Positions 28,755 to 38,735 of a DNA stretch of 64,000 nt are shown piece after piece (positions within the stretch are counted from its first letter, which is position 1; each line of letters starts with the position of its first letter). The stretch is from an uncultured virus (IMG/VR IMGVR_UViG_2599185221_000008) (Duplodnaviria > Heunggongvirae > Uroviricota > Caudoviricetes). The translations under genes were made by a program, and so were the position numbers. Location: the IMG/VR virus record IMGVR_UViG_2599185221_000008. One strand, 5' to 3'. The notes under the pieces were generated by a model. That model had not been told where the DNA came from and did no database searches. It worked only from the letters and a program-made list of their open reading frames with translations.

Positions 28755-29960
28755 ATGAGTAAAATTCTTGAATTGCGCGAGAAACGCGCTAAGGTTTGGG
28801 ATGCGGCGAAGGCATTCCTTGATTCAAAACGTGGCGGTGATGGATTGTTATCCGCAGAGGACACACAAACCTATGAAAAGATGGAAGCTGAAGTTGTTGC
28901 ACTTGGTAAGGAAATAGAACGTTTGGAACGTCAGGCGGTTATTGACTTAGAACTTTCCAAAGCCACTAGTAGCCCTATTACAAACACACCGTCCAAACAT
29001 GCTGAAGATAAGACAGGACGTGCGTCTGCAGAGTACAAGAAAGCATTCTGGAATGCTATGCGTACTCGTGCAGGTGAAGGCCTTGATGTAAACGTAAGAA
29101 ATGCCCTTCAAATCGGTACAGACTCCGAGGGTGGTTATCTTGTGCCTGACGAGTTTGAACGTACCTTAGTAGAGGCTCTTGAGGAAGAGAACATTTTCCG
29201 TTCACTGGCCAATGTTATCAATACATCTTCTGGCGATAGGAAAATTCCTGTTGTAGCTACAAAAGGTACTGCTTCCTGGGTGGATGAAGAAGGCACTATC
29301 CCAGATAGCGATGATAGTTTCGGACAGGTTTCTATAGGAGCTTACAAACTCGCTACCATGATCAAAGTTTCCGAGGAGCTTCTTAACGATTCTGTGTTCA
29401 ATCTTGAAGCCTACATCTCTAAGGAGTTTGCAAGGCGTATCGGTAACAAAGAGGAAGAAGCTTTCTTTACCGGTGATGGATCTGGAAAACCGACAGGTAT
29501 CCTTGCTTCTACAGGTGGTGCCCAAATTGGTGTGACTACTGCAGGTGCTACGGCAATCACTATGGACGAGGTTCTTGATCTGTTCTATTCATTAAAGGCA
29601 CCTTACCGTAATAAGGCTGTATTCGTTATGAACGACGCCACTGTAAAAGCAATCCGTAAACTAAAGGATGGTCAAGGACAGTACCTATGGCAACCTTCCT
29701 TACAGGCAGGTACACCGGATACTATCCTCAATCGACCATTGTATACTTCTGCATATATGCCAACTATTGCTGCAGCTGCAAAGAGTATCGCATTTGGTGA
29801 TTTTAGTTATTACTGGGTAGCTGATCGTCAGGGTCGTGTATTTAAGAGGCTTAATGAACTTTATGCTGTTACTGGTCAAGTAGGCTTTGTTGCTACTCAG
29901 CGTGTGGATGGAAAATTAATTCTACCTGAAGCCATAAAAGTACTTCAGCAGAAAGCTTAA
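28755..29960 (+). CDS. HK97-fold major capsid protein
   Basis: Coiled-coil delta domain, GGYLVP, GDGSGKPTGIL, FGDFS. Confidence 0.93.
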   Translation: MSKILELREKRAKVWDAAKAFLDSKRGGDGLLSAEDTQTYEKMEAEVVALGKEIERLERQAVIDLELSKATSSPITNTPSKHAEDKTGRASAEYKKAFWNAMRTRAGEGLDVNVRNALQIGTDSEGGYLVPDEFERTLVEALEEENIFRSLANVINTSSGDRKIPVVATKGTASWVDEEGTIPDSDDSFGQVSIGAYKLATMIKVSEELLNDSVFNLEAYISKEFARRIGNKEEEAFFTGDGSGKPTGILASTGGAQIGVTTAGATAITMDEVLDLFYSLKAPYRNKAVFVMNDATVKAIRKLKDGQGQYLWQPSLQAGTPDTILNRPLYTSAYMPTIAAAAKSIAFGDFSYYWVADRQGRVFKRLNELYAVTGQVGFVATQRVDGKLILPEAIKVLQQKA

Positions 29961-29972
29961 TGGAGGTGCGTT

Positions 29973-30353
29973 ATGAGCTATAACACTAAGAATTATACCG
30001 AACAAGGCGGAGAAAAAACTGTTATAGGCGGAACACTTGAAATCAAGGAAGGAGCCTCGGTAACGGGGCTCTCCGCCGATCCGCTTCTCGTGGCAACAGA
30101 GGAGACTCTTGGTGGTGTAAAAGCCGCCGCTGCTGATGAGGGTGATACTGTCGAAATCAAAATTGGTGAAGATGGTAAGCTGTATGCTCCAACATATCCT
30201 ACCGATGCTACGGAGTCAGTCTCTGGGCTGGTAAAAATGGCTGCTAATCAAGCCGACAGCATAGCTGAGGATACAGCCACTCTTGTCACAGATTTTAATG
30301 CTCTGCTCGCTAAACTAAAAGCGGCTGGGTTAATGGCTACAGACGAAGAATGA
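29973..30353 (+). CDS. Head fiber/decoration protein
   Basis: Repeated AT.E.LGGVK-like motif; DFNALLAKLKAAGLM; follows the capsid gene. Confidence 0.7.
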   Translation: MSYNTKNYTEQGGEKTVIGGTLEIKEGASVTGLSADPLLVATEETLGGVKAAAADEGDTVEIKIGEDGKLYAPTYPTDATESVSGLVKMAANQADSIAEDTATLVTDFNALLAKLKAAGLMATDEE

Positions 30354-30372
30354 CCGGAAGGAGGCGGACGGC

Positions 30373-30690
30373 ATGACAACTGATAATCTTCTCCCTAAAG
30401 TAAAAGCAAATCTGATCCTGACGCATGACGCAGACGATGGACTTCTGCTGCATTACATCAAAGCCGCCGTCTCTTATGCGGAAAGTTATCAGCATGTTGC
30501 TGAGGGTTATTACACTGAGAATATTATGCCCCCAACTACTGAACAGGCAGTAATCATGCTGTCGAGTCATTTCTACGAAAGCAGAGATGGCTCGACGGCT
30601 GGTTTCTTCGCCGATAGCGTACAGGCGGGGCAGCAGGTTTGGAACACGGTGAACCTACTTCTTAGGCTAGACCGGGATTGGAAGGTGTAA
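30373..30690 (+). CDS. Head-tail connector (gp6-like)
   Basis: KVKANL...DD.LL..YI.AA, HFYESR. Confidence 0.8.
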   Translation: MTTDNLLPKVKANLILTHDADDGLLLHYIKAAVSYAESYQHVAEGYYTENIMPPTTEQAVIMLSSHFYESRDGSTAGFFADSVQAGQQVWNTVNLLLRLDRDWKV

Positions 30691-30693
30691 ATT

Positions 30694-31029
30694 ATGAGTT
30701 TTGGAAAGATGAACACCTTTATTGATATCATCAGTACAGAGCCTATTAAAGACAAGGATGGTTTCGCTGCTATAGGCGATAACATACTTGCCAGTGTACG
30801 TGCCTACAAGGAAGATCGGCATGGCAGTGATCGGTGGGCAAATAGGGCATCATTTTCTTCTGCAACTTCCCTATTTAGGTTTAGAAAAATATCTGGCCTT
30901 AGGGTGACCAGTGAAATGGTCATCGTTTGTGATGATGGCAGATATCAGATTTTAAGTGTTGATGATGTAAGAAAACGAGGCATGTATGTCGAGGTTTTAG
31001 CAGAAAAGATAGAACCAACTGTGAGGTGA
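30694..31029 (+). CDS. Head-tail adaptor/closure protein
   Basis: Synteny and size. Confidence 0.7.
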   Translation: MSFGKMNTFIDIISTEPIKDKDGFAAIGDNILASVRAYKEDRHGSDRWANRASFSSATSLFRFRKISGLRVTSEMVIVCDDGRYQILSVDDVRKRGMYVEVLAEKIEPTVR

Positions 31030-31034
31030 TGGAT

Positions 31035-31466
31035 ATGGCAAAAGTGAATATAAAGATGCCAGAAGAATTCCTTTTAAAGGTATCACGATTAGCTGACCAG
31101 ACCGATGTAATTCTTCCTAAGGTTCTGGAAGTTGGCGGTGAAGTGGTACTGGATAAAGTTAAGGGGAATCTAAGTAAAGTAATTGGTAAGAACACAAAAT
31201 ATCCATCCAAAAGTACTGGGGAGCTACTATCTTCACTAGGACTTTCAAGTGCAAAGCAAGATAGAAACGGAAACTTCAATGTTAAAGTTGGCTTTTCCGA
31301 GCCACGTTCTGATGGTGAGAGCAATGCTAAAATTGCTACAATCATTGAATATGGTAAGCATGGTCAGCCTGCAAAACCCTTCCTAAAGCCTGCGAGAACT
31401 GCATCTAGGAAACCTTGTATCAATGCGATGATCGCAAAGCTAGAGGAGGAGATTGATAAAATATGA
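31035..31466 (+). CDS. HK97 gp10-like tail component
   Basis: STGELLSSL, IEYGKHGQPAKPFLKPA. Confidence 0.8.
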   Translation: MAKVNIKMPEEFLLKVSRLADQTDVILPKVLEVGGEVVLDKVKGNLSKVIGKNTKYPSKSTGELLSSLGLSSAKQDRNGNFNVKVGFSEPRSDGESNAKIATIIEYGKHGQPAKPFLKPARTASRKPCINAMIAKLEEEIDKI

Positions 31467-31804
31467 ATATCTTAGAGGAGCTAAATACACTTCTGACAGC
31501 AATACCTATCCCCGTAGAAACCGGGGTTTTTTCAGGTTTGGCACCGGATGAGTACGTGGTGATACTCCCACTTTCGGATGTTTTTGAAGTTCATGCGGAT
31601 AACCGCCCTGGCTTTGATGTGCAGGAAGTACGGATATCACTATTTTCCAAGAGCAATTACTTAGAGAGAAAGAGGCAGATTACAACGGCTTTGTTAAACG
31701 ATGATTTTACAGTGACTGAGCGTAGGTATATTGGTCACGAGGATGATACTGGATATCATCATTACGCCATCGACGTGGCGAAAAACTATGGAATGGAGGA
31801 ATAA
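31463..31804 (+). CDS. Putative tail terminator
   Basis: Synteny; EDDTGYHHYAID. Confidence 0.65.
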   Translation: MNILEELNTLLTAIPIPVETGVFSGLAPDEYVVILPLSDVFEVHADNRPGFDVQEVRISLFSKSNYLERKRQITTALLNDDFTVTERRYIGHEDDTGYHHYAIDVAKNYGMEE

Positions 31805-31807
31805 CAT

Positions 31808-32398
31808 ATGGCAACTATCGGTTTGGATAAACTGTACTATGCAAAAATAACCGAGGACTCAAATGGCGAGGAAACCTATGGTGTGCCTTCGGTACTCGCA
31901 AAAGCCATTACTGCCGAACTTTCGGTAGAATTGGTGGAAGCAATTCTGTATGCCGATGATGGTGCTGCCGAGGTTGTGAAGGACTTTAACAGCGGTACAC
32001 TCACTCTCGGTGTAGATGACATTGGCCCGACAGTAGCAGCAGATCTAACTGGTGCGTCTACCGACGACAATGGGGTATTAATTTCTGCAAGTGAGAGTGT
32101 AGGTACACCTGTTGCAGTTGGGTTTCGTGCGCAAAAGGCTAATGGAACATACCGATATTTTTGGTTATATCGCGTTAAGTTTGGACTACCAGCGACCAAC
32201 TTACAGACAAAGGCGGATTCCATTACCTTTTCTACACCTACTATTGAAGGAACAGTTATGCGCAGGAACAAGCTGGATGGGTTGGGCAAGCACCCATGGA
32301 AAGCAGAAGTCACAGAAGGTGACCCCGGTGTTTCATCGTCCACCATAACAGGCTGGTTCACTGAAGTTTATGAACCCGTATATACACCTGAACCATAG
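31808..32398 (+). CDS. Major tail protein (phi13 family)
   Basis: IGLDKLYYA, LYADDG, YFWLYRVKF. Confidence 0.85.
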   Translation: MATIGLDKLYYAKITEDSNGEETYGVPSVLAKAITAELSVELVEAILYADDGAAEVVKDFNSGTLTLGVDDIGPTVAADLTGASTDDNGVLISASESVGTPVAVGFRAQKANGTYRYFWLYRVKFGLPATNLQTKADSITFSTPTIEGTVMRRNKLDGLGKHPWKAEVTEGDPGVSSSTITGWFTEVYEPVYTPEP

Positions 32399-32406
32399 GA
32401 GGAGAA

Positions 32407-32796
32407 ATGATGGATAATGAGAGAAGTGCCACAATCAAAATAGGTGACAAAGAGTATGAACTGGTTTTAACTACACGTGCAACAAAAGCAATTGCTGGTC
32501 GTTACGGTGGTCTTGAAAATCTTGGAGAAAAACTGATGAAATCAGAAAACTTTGAGATGGCACTGGACGAGATCGTTTGGCTAATCACACTGCTTGCAAA
32601 CCAGTCCATTTTAATTCGTAATCTTAAGAATAAGAACGCACCAGAAGAATTGTTGACAGAGGAAGAAGTGGAGCTTCTTACCTCACCACTTGATTTGGCG
32701 GAATATAAAAGTGCAATCACCGAAGCAATGTTCAAAGGTGCAAAGCGCAACGTGGAAAGTGAGGAAGAAACTCCAAAAAACATGGAAGTCGGGTAA
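32407..32796 (+). CDS. Tail assembly chaperone (G)
   Basis: Between major tail and tape measure genes; slippery A AAA AAC near the 3' end. Confidence 0.8.
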   Translation: MMDNERSATIKIGDKEYELVLTTRATKAIAGRYGGLENLGEKLMKSENFEMALDEIVWLITLLANQSILIRNLKNKNAPEELLTEEEVELLTSPLDLAEYKSAITEAMFKGAKRNVESEEETPKNMEVG

Positions 32797-32984
32797 CGGA
32801 CGCTGAAGTCTTTACCCGACTTTATTATTATGGAACAGTTCAGATGGGCATGGACGCAGAGGAATTCTGGCTTATGCCAATTGGACTGTTTTTTGATTTA
32901 TGGGCTTGCCACAAGCAATGGCATGGGATCGAAAAGCCGAAGAAAACTCGAACGATTGATGATATTATCCCACCAGGCATATAG
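32775..32984 (+). CDS. -1 frameshift extension (T segment) of the tail assembly chaperone
   Basis: -1 frame is open from the slippery site: KKHGSRVTDAEVFTRLYYYG...EEFWLMPIGLFFDLW...DDIIPPGI*. Confidence 0.72.
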   Translation, partial: KKHGSRVTDAEVFTRLYYYGTVQMGMDAEEFWLMPIGLFFDLWACHKQWHGIEKPKKTRTIDDIIPPGI

Positions 32985-32998
32985 GAGGAGGTGAAGGT

Positions 32999-35419
32999 AT
33001 GGCGGACAATTTTGGATTGAAAATAGGCGTCGAGGGCGAGCGTGAGTTTAAGAACGCCCTACGAGATATCAATCAGTCCTTTAAGGTGCTGGGTAGTGAA
33101 ATGGCACTTGTGACCAGTCAGTTTGATAAAAACGATAAATCTATCCAGTCGGTCACTGCTCGTAATGCGGTTTTGAATAAAGAAATCGACGCACAGAAAG
33201 AAAAGATTTCAACCCTTAAGGCCGCTCTTGATAATGCCACCTCCTCTTTCGGTGAAAATGACCGCCGCACTCAAAATTGGCAGATTCAGCTGAACAGAGC
33301 CCAGGCAGAACTCAATAATATGGAGCGCGAACTTCAGCAGTCTGCGGTTGAAGCAGATAATCTCGGTGAAGAGTTGGACAACTCAGGCAAAAGTGCGGAA
33401 GATTCTGGAGGTAAATTTGAAAAGCTTGGTGGTATACTCAAGGGCATCGGTGTGGCTATGGGCACAGTTGCAGTTGCTGCTGGAGCTGCTGCTATAAAAT
33501 TGGGTAAAGAGGTAGTTACTCAGTTTGGAGAATTGGAACAAAACCTAGGTGGCTCAGAAGCAGTCTTTGGAGCGTATGCTGCTTCAATTCAAAAAACCGG
33601 TGAAGAAGCCTATAGAAATCTCGGAATTTCCCAAAGTGAGTATTTGGCAACGGCTAATAAAATGGGTGCATTGTTCCAAGGCTCTGGCATTGAACAGCGA
33701 AAAAGTCTTGAATTGACAGAAAAAGCGATGCAACGTGCAGCAGATATGGCATCCGTTATGGGTATAGATATGTCCGCTGCCATGGAAGCGGTTACGGGAG
33801 CGGCAAAAGGCAACTTTACCATGATGGATAACTTAGGTGTTGCCATGAATGCTACAAACATCGAAGCTTATGCTCTTGCTAAGGGATTAGATTTCACTTG
33901 GAATACCGCTACACAAGCCGAAAAAGCCGAAGTGGCAATGCAGATGTTTTTTGAAAACACACAGCAGTATGCCGGAAACTTTGCGAGAGAGTCAACTGAG
34001 ACCATTTCTGGTTCTATTGGGTTATTACAAGCTGCACTTGGCTCTTTTACAGCAGGACTCGGTAACGCTAATGCAGACATGACAAATTTGACGGGAAATC
34101 TTGTGGATGCATTCCGTGCAGTCGTTAAAAATATCGTGCCTGTTTTAGAAAACATCGTAACCTCACTACCGCCTGCGTTCGATGCGATATTAACAGCAAT
34201 AGGTGACCTGCTTCCGATGTTGTTGGAAACTGTCACGAGCCTGTTCACGCAGGTGTTGGAGACACTCTTGAACTTATTGCCTGAACTGATTCCAGCGGCA
34301 GTAGATGCAGTAATGACGATTGTCGGTGCGTTGATTGATAATCTTCCACTGCTCATAAATGCAGCAATAGAACTGGTAACCGCACTTGTGGAGGGTATTG
34401 GCATGGCTCTACCGCAACTCATACCCGCAGCAGTTTCGGCAGTCACGCAGATTGTTCAAGGATTAATGGATAACCTACCACTTATTTTGGATGCCGCTTT
34501 GCAGTTGATTATAGGATTAGCACAGGGATTGGTAGATGCAATACCTCAACTAACATCATCCTTACCTGTCATCATAAAAGCAATAGTGGATTTTATAGTT
34601 GAATCCATTCCACAGATTATTGATGCTGGTATTCAATTATTGACTTCATTGGTTACAGCACTGCCTACTATCATCACAGCAATCGTGGAAGCAATCCCGC
34701 AGATTATCGACAGTATTATCAGTGCAGTTATTGGGTCAATTCCATTGATTATAGATGCGGGCATACGTCTATTAATATCACTCATACAGGCACTCCCACA
34801 AATTATCACTACTGTGGTTGGGGCTATTCCGAAAATAATAACATCCTTGGTAAACGCTATTGTAGGTAACATCGACAAGATCATCTTGGCCGGTGTTCAG
34901 CTGTTTGTGGCATTAATTGCGAATCTTCCAAGGATAATCGTAGAGATCGTCAAGGCTGTACCTCAGATTATCTCAGGATTGGTCAATGCTTTTACCAGTT
35001 ATATAAGCCAGATGGCTAAAGTAGGTGGAAACTTAATCAAAGGTTTGTGGCAAGGTATTTCAGATGCAGGTGCATGGCTATGGAGTAAAATCTCTGGATT
35101 TTTCGGCAATGTTGTATCAAAGATTAAGAATTTCTTCGGCATCAGTTCACCTTCAAAGCTATTTGCTGGAATTGGCCACAATATGGGTGAAGGTATTGGT
35201 GTAGGTTTTGAGGATGCAATGACAGCAGTTTCAAGGGATATGCAAAATGCTGTACCAACTAGTTTTGATTTTAATTACAGAGGTTTATCTGGGCAAGGGA
35301 ATGCCAATGGTACAAGTATCACTCAAAATATCTCTGTTGTGTCACCAAAGCCTCTATCTGAAAAAGAATTAGCCAGGGAATTCAAAAATCTGTCTCGCAA
35401 ACTGGCACTAGAATATTAA
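32999..35419 (+). CDS. Tape measure protein
   Basis: N-terminal coiled coil, long amphipathic LP.II repeats, FGISSPSK. Confidence 0.9.
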   Translation: MADNFGLKIGVEGEREFKNALRDINQSFKVLGSEMALVTSQFDKNDKSIQSVTARNAVLNKEIDAQKEKISTLKAALDNATSSFGENDRRTQNWQIQLNRAQAELNNMERELQQSAVEADNLGEELDNSGKSAEDSGGKFEKLGGILKGIGVAMGTVAVAAGAAAIKLGKEVVTQFGELEQNLGGSEAVFGAYAASIQKTGEEAYRNLGISQSEYLATANKMGALFQGSGIEQRKSLELTEKAMQRAADMASVMGIDMSAAMEAVTGAAKGNFTMMDNLGVAMNATNIEAYALAKGLDFTWNTATQAEKAEVAMQMFFENTQQYAGNFARESTETISGSIGLLQAALGSFTAGLGNANADMTNLTGNLVDAFRAVVKNIVPVLENIVTSLPPAFDAILTAIGDLLPMLLETVTSLFTQVLETLLNLLPELIPAAVDAVMTIVGALIDNLPLLINAAIELVTALVEGIGMALPQLIPAAVSAVTQIVQGLMDNLPLILDAALQLIIGLAQGLVDAIPQLTSSLPVIIKAIVDFIVESIPQIIDAGIQLLTSLVTALPTIITAIVEAIPQIIDSIISAVIGSIPLIIDAGIRLLISLIQALPQIITTVVGAIPKIITSLVNAIVGNIDKIILAGVQLFVALIANLPRIIVEIVKAVPQIISGLVNAFTSYISQMAKVGGNLIKGLWQGISDAGAWLWSKISGFFGNVVSKIKNFFGISSPSKLFAGIGHNMGEGIGVGFEDAMTAVSRDMQNAVPTSFDFNYRGLSGQGNANGTSITQNISVVSPKPLSEKELAREFKNLSRKLALEY

Positions 35420-35432
35420 AGGAGGTCTGGCA

Positions 35433-36284
35433 GTGGAACTTACTTATATTAACTCAAACGGTGAGAGTATCACCCTAAAACAAAGCCGCCCGTATTTTCT
35501 TACCAAGATAGACGGAACAGGCAACATACGCCAGACCGTTAATACATTTAAGGCACCGGATCAAGACGGTGCTTTTTATATTTCCTCCACACTGGATATG
35601 CGTAATATCACGCTAGAAGGTACGGTCGTAGCGGATTCTCTTGACGAGGCTTATGTACGGAGACAGAGATTTCTTAAGATATTTACTCCAAAAATGCGAG
35701 GAACTCTTTTATATCGTGGACGGCAAATTGCTTGTGTGGTAGAGGAAGCAGGATTTACTGTTTCTACTAGACAACGCATACCAAACTTCTTTGTAAGTTT
35801 ACTATGTCCATCCCCTTTCTTCGAAACATTAGATGAGGTGAGAGAGGAACTGGCATCATGGATACCTCTATTTGAGTTTGAACTGGAGATACCAGTAAGT
35901 GGTATGGAGTTTGGAATGCGTCAGCCGAGCCAAATCATCACAGTAGAAAACATTGGTGATGTATCTTGTGGATGCGAAATCGTATTTCGAGCACTGGGTA
36001 CGGTTACCAACCCTGAACTACTAAACATAGACACGGGAGAATATATCCGGCTTCTCACTACAATGAGTGCTGGTGATGAACTTCGTGTGTATACCCATTT
36101 CGCTGGTAAGCGTGTGGCCCAGGTTGTAGGGTCAACGGTTACAAATGCCTTTTCACTGTTGGACACCAATTCAACGTTTTTTCAGCTTGCTGCAGGTACT
36201 AACACACTGCGCTATGACGCTTCAGTCAATATGGAACTGTTGGAGGTCAGTATTTACTTTCGTCCACAATTTTTGGGGGTGTGA
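35433..36284 (+). CDS. Distal tail protein (Dit, Sipho_tail)
   Basis: Follows the tape measure gene; CPSPFF, FFQLAAGTN. Confidence 0.8.
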   Translation: MELTYINSNGESITLKQSRPYFLTKIDGTGNIRQTVNTFKAPDQDGAFYISSTLDMRNITLEGTVVADSLDEAYVRRQRFLKIFTPKMRGTLLYRGRQIACVVEEAGFTVSTRQRIPNFFVSLLCPSPFFETLDEVREELASWIPLFEFELEIPVSGMEFGMRQPSQIITVENIGDVSCGCEIVFRALGTVTNPELLNIDTGEYIRLLTTMSAGDELRVYTHFAGKRVAQVVGSTVTNAFSLLDTNSTFFQLAAGTNTLRYDASVNMELLEVSIYFRPQFLGV

Positions 36285-36286
36285 GT

Positions 36287-38203
36287 ATGGAACTATATAT
36301 CTTTAATACATACCGGGAGCTTGTGGGCATCGTGGAATCTTTCGAATATCTTCGATGGACGCGGCGTTATTCTCAGTGTGGTTCATTTGAACTAAAAGCC
36401 ATCGCTACACAAGAGAATGCCGAACTTCTAAAAGAAGGAAATATCATTTGGAAGAACGATGATGAAGAAGCTGGGATTATTGAGCATCTTTCCTTGTCTC
36501 AGACGGATCAGGAATTTATTACGGTAAGTGGTCGCTTTGCCACGTCCTTTCTTGCTAGACGCATTGTATGGCAAACGGAGAAATTGTCCGGTGACATTTC
36601 TGATTGTGTGGAGCAACTTATAGAAAATAATCTTATCAATCCTTCTGATGTAGCAAGAAAGATCAGCGGTATATCCTTTTCATCCCCAAGCCTAGATATA
36701 CCCATTAGCACCCAAATTTCGTACCGCAACTTGATGGACGCAGTGACGGAACTATGTGAAGTTTCGGAGGTTGGTATCAAGACTATTTTTACTCCTGAAA
36801 CAGGGGTTTTTACAATAATGCTGTATAAGGGGACTGAATCACAGGCAGTGTTCTCTAAGGAGTATGAGAACCTAACTGAGCAGGTTTATACAGTAAGTGC
36901 AGCAGATTTTGCTAACACTGCTCTTATAGGTGGAGAGGGCGAAGGTGCAGAGCGGACATTTGTAGCAATTACAAGTGGATCAGGAGAATCTCGACATGAG
37001 ATTTTTGTGGATGCTAAAGACCTACGGGCAGAAGATTTTGGAGTGGATTATATCAATACACTGATTTTTCGTGGGCAGAGCAAGCTAAATGAGCAAGTAA
37101 TACGTTATTCCTTTGATACATCAGTTAACCCACATGGCAACCTGACTTATAAGGTAGACTTTGACCTTGGCCAGGTTGTTAAGGTTATTTCCAAAGCATG
37201 GGGTGTATCTATGACAACACGAATCGCTGAAGTGGAGGAGACTTATGACGCGGACGGTCAAAGCATCAGCGTAGTATTCGGAAAGAGCGAGCTAACAATA
37301 GCTCAAAAAATTCGCTCTGATATGAGTGAGGTTAAAACGGCATTATCTGCCCCAACTGGCATCTCTGATATTGCAGAAGCATTAGGCAATGTGTCAGAAA
37401 CACTTGGAGATATTCATGATCTTGACCCCAATATCCAAGGAGATACTGTTACCGATAGTATCAACAATCTGTTTGGGAAACTGCCCTCACTTGAGGTAAT
37501 TGTTGGAGAAGGAGCTATATCGATCGGTCAGTATGCCCTGCACCATATGAGCCCTGGAGATGCTTTTTATTTCACCTCGTGGAGCGGCAACAAATTCAGT
37601 GATCAGCCAAGCGATGACGGGCATGTCTTTTTGGTAAAGCATAGCGGGGATAACACGGGAAACGGATATCAGCGGGCAATGGGATTTTTTATATCTCGCA
37701 ACACAATGACGTTTTATGTGATATCTGTTTTTGTATTTAACAATCCGTCTGGTGAAGCGAACTGGTTGAATATTAATAACGATCCAATAACTACAGCACG
37801 GATTGCAAATGGAGCGGTCACTGGTGCCAAGATTGCAGAACGCACGATTACTGCAACTAAAATCTCCTCTGCGTTTACTGATTACTCTATGACAGAACAA
37901 AACACAGGGCGTCTATGGATAGATGGTAAGGCAATATATCGAAAAGTAGTAAACCTCGGCTCCCTTCCCAACGCTACTCCTGGGAGTGTAGCCCATGGCA
38001 TAGCAAACCTAAGTACAGTTGTTAGTTTATCCGGCTTTGCAACAAATGGCACCAACTTCTTGCCACTACCGCTTGCACGGTATAACAACTTCGCTTCACA
38101 AATCGGTCTTTATGTGGATAAAACAAATGTCGTTGTTGAACCTGGTGTTGACCGGACAGATTATACGGGCTATGTGGTTATCGAGTATACGAAAACCATC
38201 TAG
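36287..38203 (+). CDS. Gp37-like (ReqiPepy6) tail/baseplate protein with C-terminal extension
   Basis: WTRRYSQCGSFEL, GEGEGAER, DFDLGQVV; C-terminal TGRLWIDGKAIYRKV fiber-like domain. Confidence 0.75.
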   Translation: MELYIFNTYRELVGIVESFEYLRWTRRYSQCGSFELKAIATQENAELLKEGNIIWKNDDEEAGIIEHLSLSQTDQEFITVSGRFATSFLARRIVWQTEKLSGDISDCVEQLIENNLINPSDVARKISGISFSSPSLDIPISTQISYRNLMDAVTELCEVSEVGIKTIFTPETGVFTIMLYKGTESQAVFSKEYENLTEQVYTVSAADFANTALIGGEGEGAERTFVAITSGSGESRHEIFVDAKDLRAEDFGVDYINTLIFRGQSKLNEQVIRYSFDTSVNPHGNLTYKVDFDLGQVVKVISKAWGVSMTTRIAEVEETYDADGQSISVVFGKSELTIAQKIRSDMSEVKTALSAPTGISDIAEALGNVSETLGDIHDLDPNIQGDTVTDSINNLFGKLPSLEVIVGEGAISIGQYALHHMSPGDAFYFTSWSGNKFSDQPSDDGHVFLVKHSGDNTGNGYQRAMGFFISRNTMTFYVISVFVFNNPSGEANWLNINNDPITTARIANGAVTGAKIAERTITATKISSAFTDYSMTEQNTGRLWIDGKAIYRKVVNLGSLPNATPGSVAHGIANLSTVVSLSGFATNGTNFLPLPLARYNNFASQIGLYVDKTNVVVEPGVDRTDYTGYVVIEYTKTI

Positions 38204-38220
38204 GAAGGAGGAATTTTTGT

Positions 38221-38724
38221 ATGGAGAAAAGCGGATTTTTCAATTCATCCGATGGAGATAGAGTCTATGATGCCACGGATTTTGCAGCATACTTTGGAAG
38301 TCTTGTTTCAAACGGGATATTTTATAAAACAGCTACAAATCTGCAGGTATCACCAGGGATGGGATTGGCAGTAAGCGTGGCGGCTGGAAGTGCGTGGATT
38401 AATGGATATAGATATGAGAATACAGATGCGTTAAATATGCCTCTCACTACAGCGCACGGTAGCAATCCACGCATTGACCGGATTGTTGTTCGCTTAAGCC
38501 AAATCAGCAGGAATATTCAGCTTGCAGTTGTTACCGGGACTCCAGCTGCTACACCAGTGGCTCCAGACTTAACAAGAACCAGCGATGTATATGAACTCGG
38601 TATTGCAGATGTTATTATACCTGCTGCGGCTACATCAATAGCAGCAAATAACATTACTGATACCAGATTAAATACCAGCCTTTGTGGGTTAGTGAACTCA
38701 TTGGTATCAGCGGTTTACGAGTGA
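38221..38724 (+). CDS. Baseplate/minor structural protein
   Basis: SGFFNS..GDRVY, PRIDRIV, ITDTR. Confidence 0.7.
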   Translation: MEKSGFFNSSDGDRVYDATDFAAYFGSLVSNGIFYKTATNLQVSPGMGLAVSVAAGSAWINGYRYENTDALNMPLTTAHGSNPRIDRIVVRLSQISRNIQLAVVTGTPAATPVAPDLTRTSDVYELGIADVIIPAAATSIAANNITDTRLNTSLCGLVNSLVSAVYE

Positions 38725-38735
38725 GGTGAATTTCT

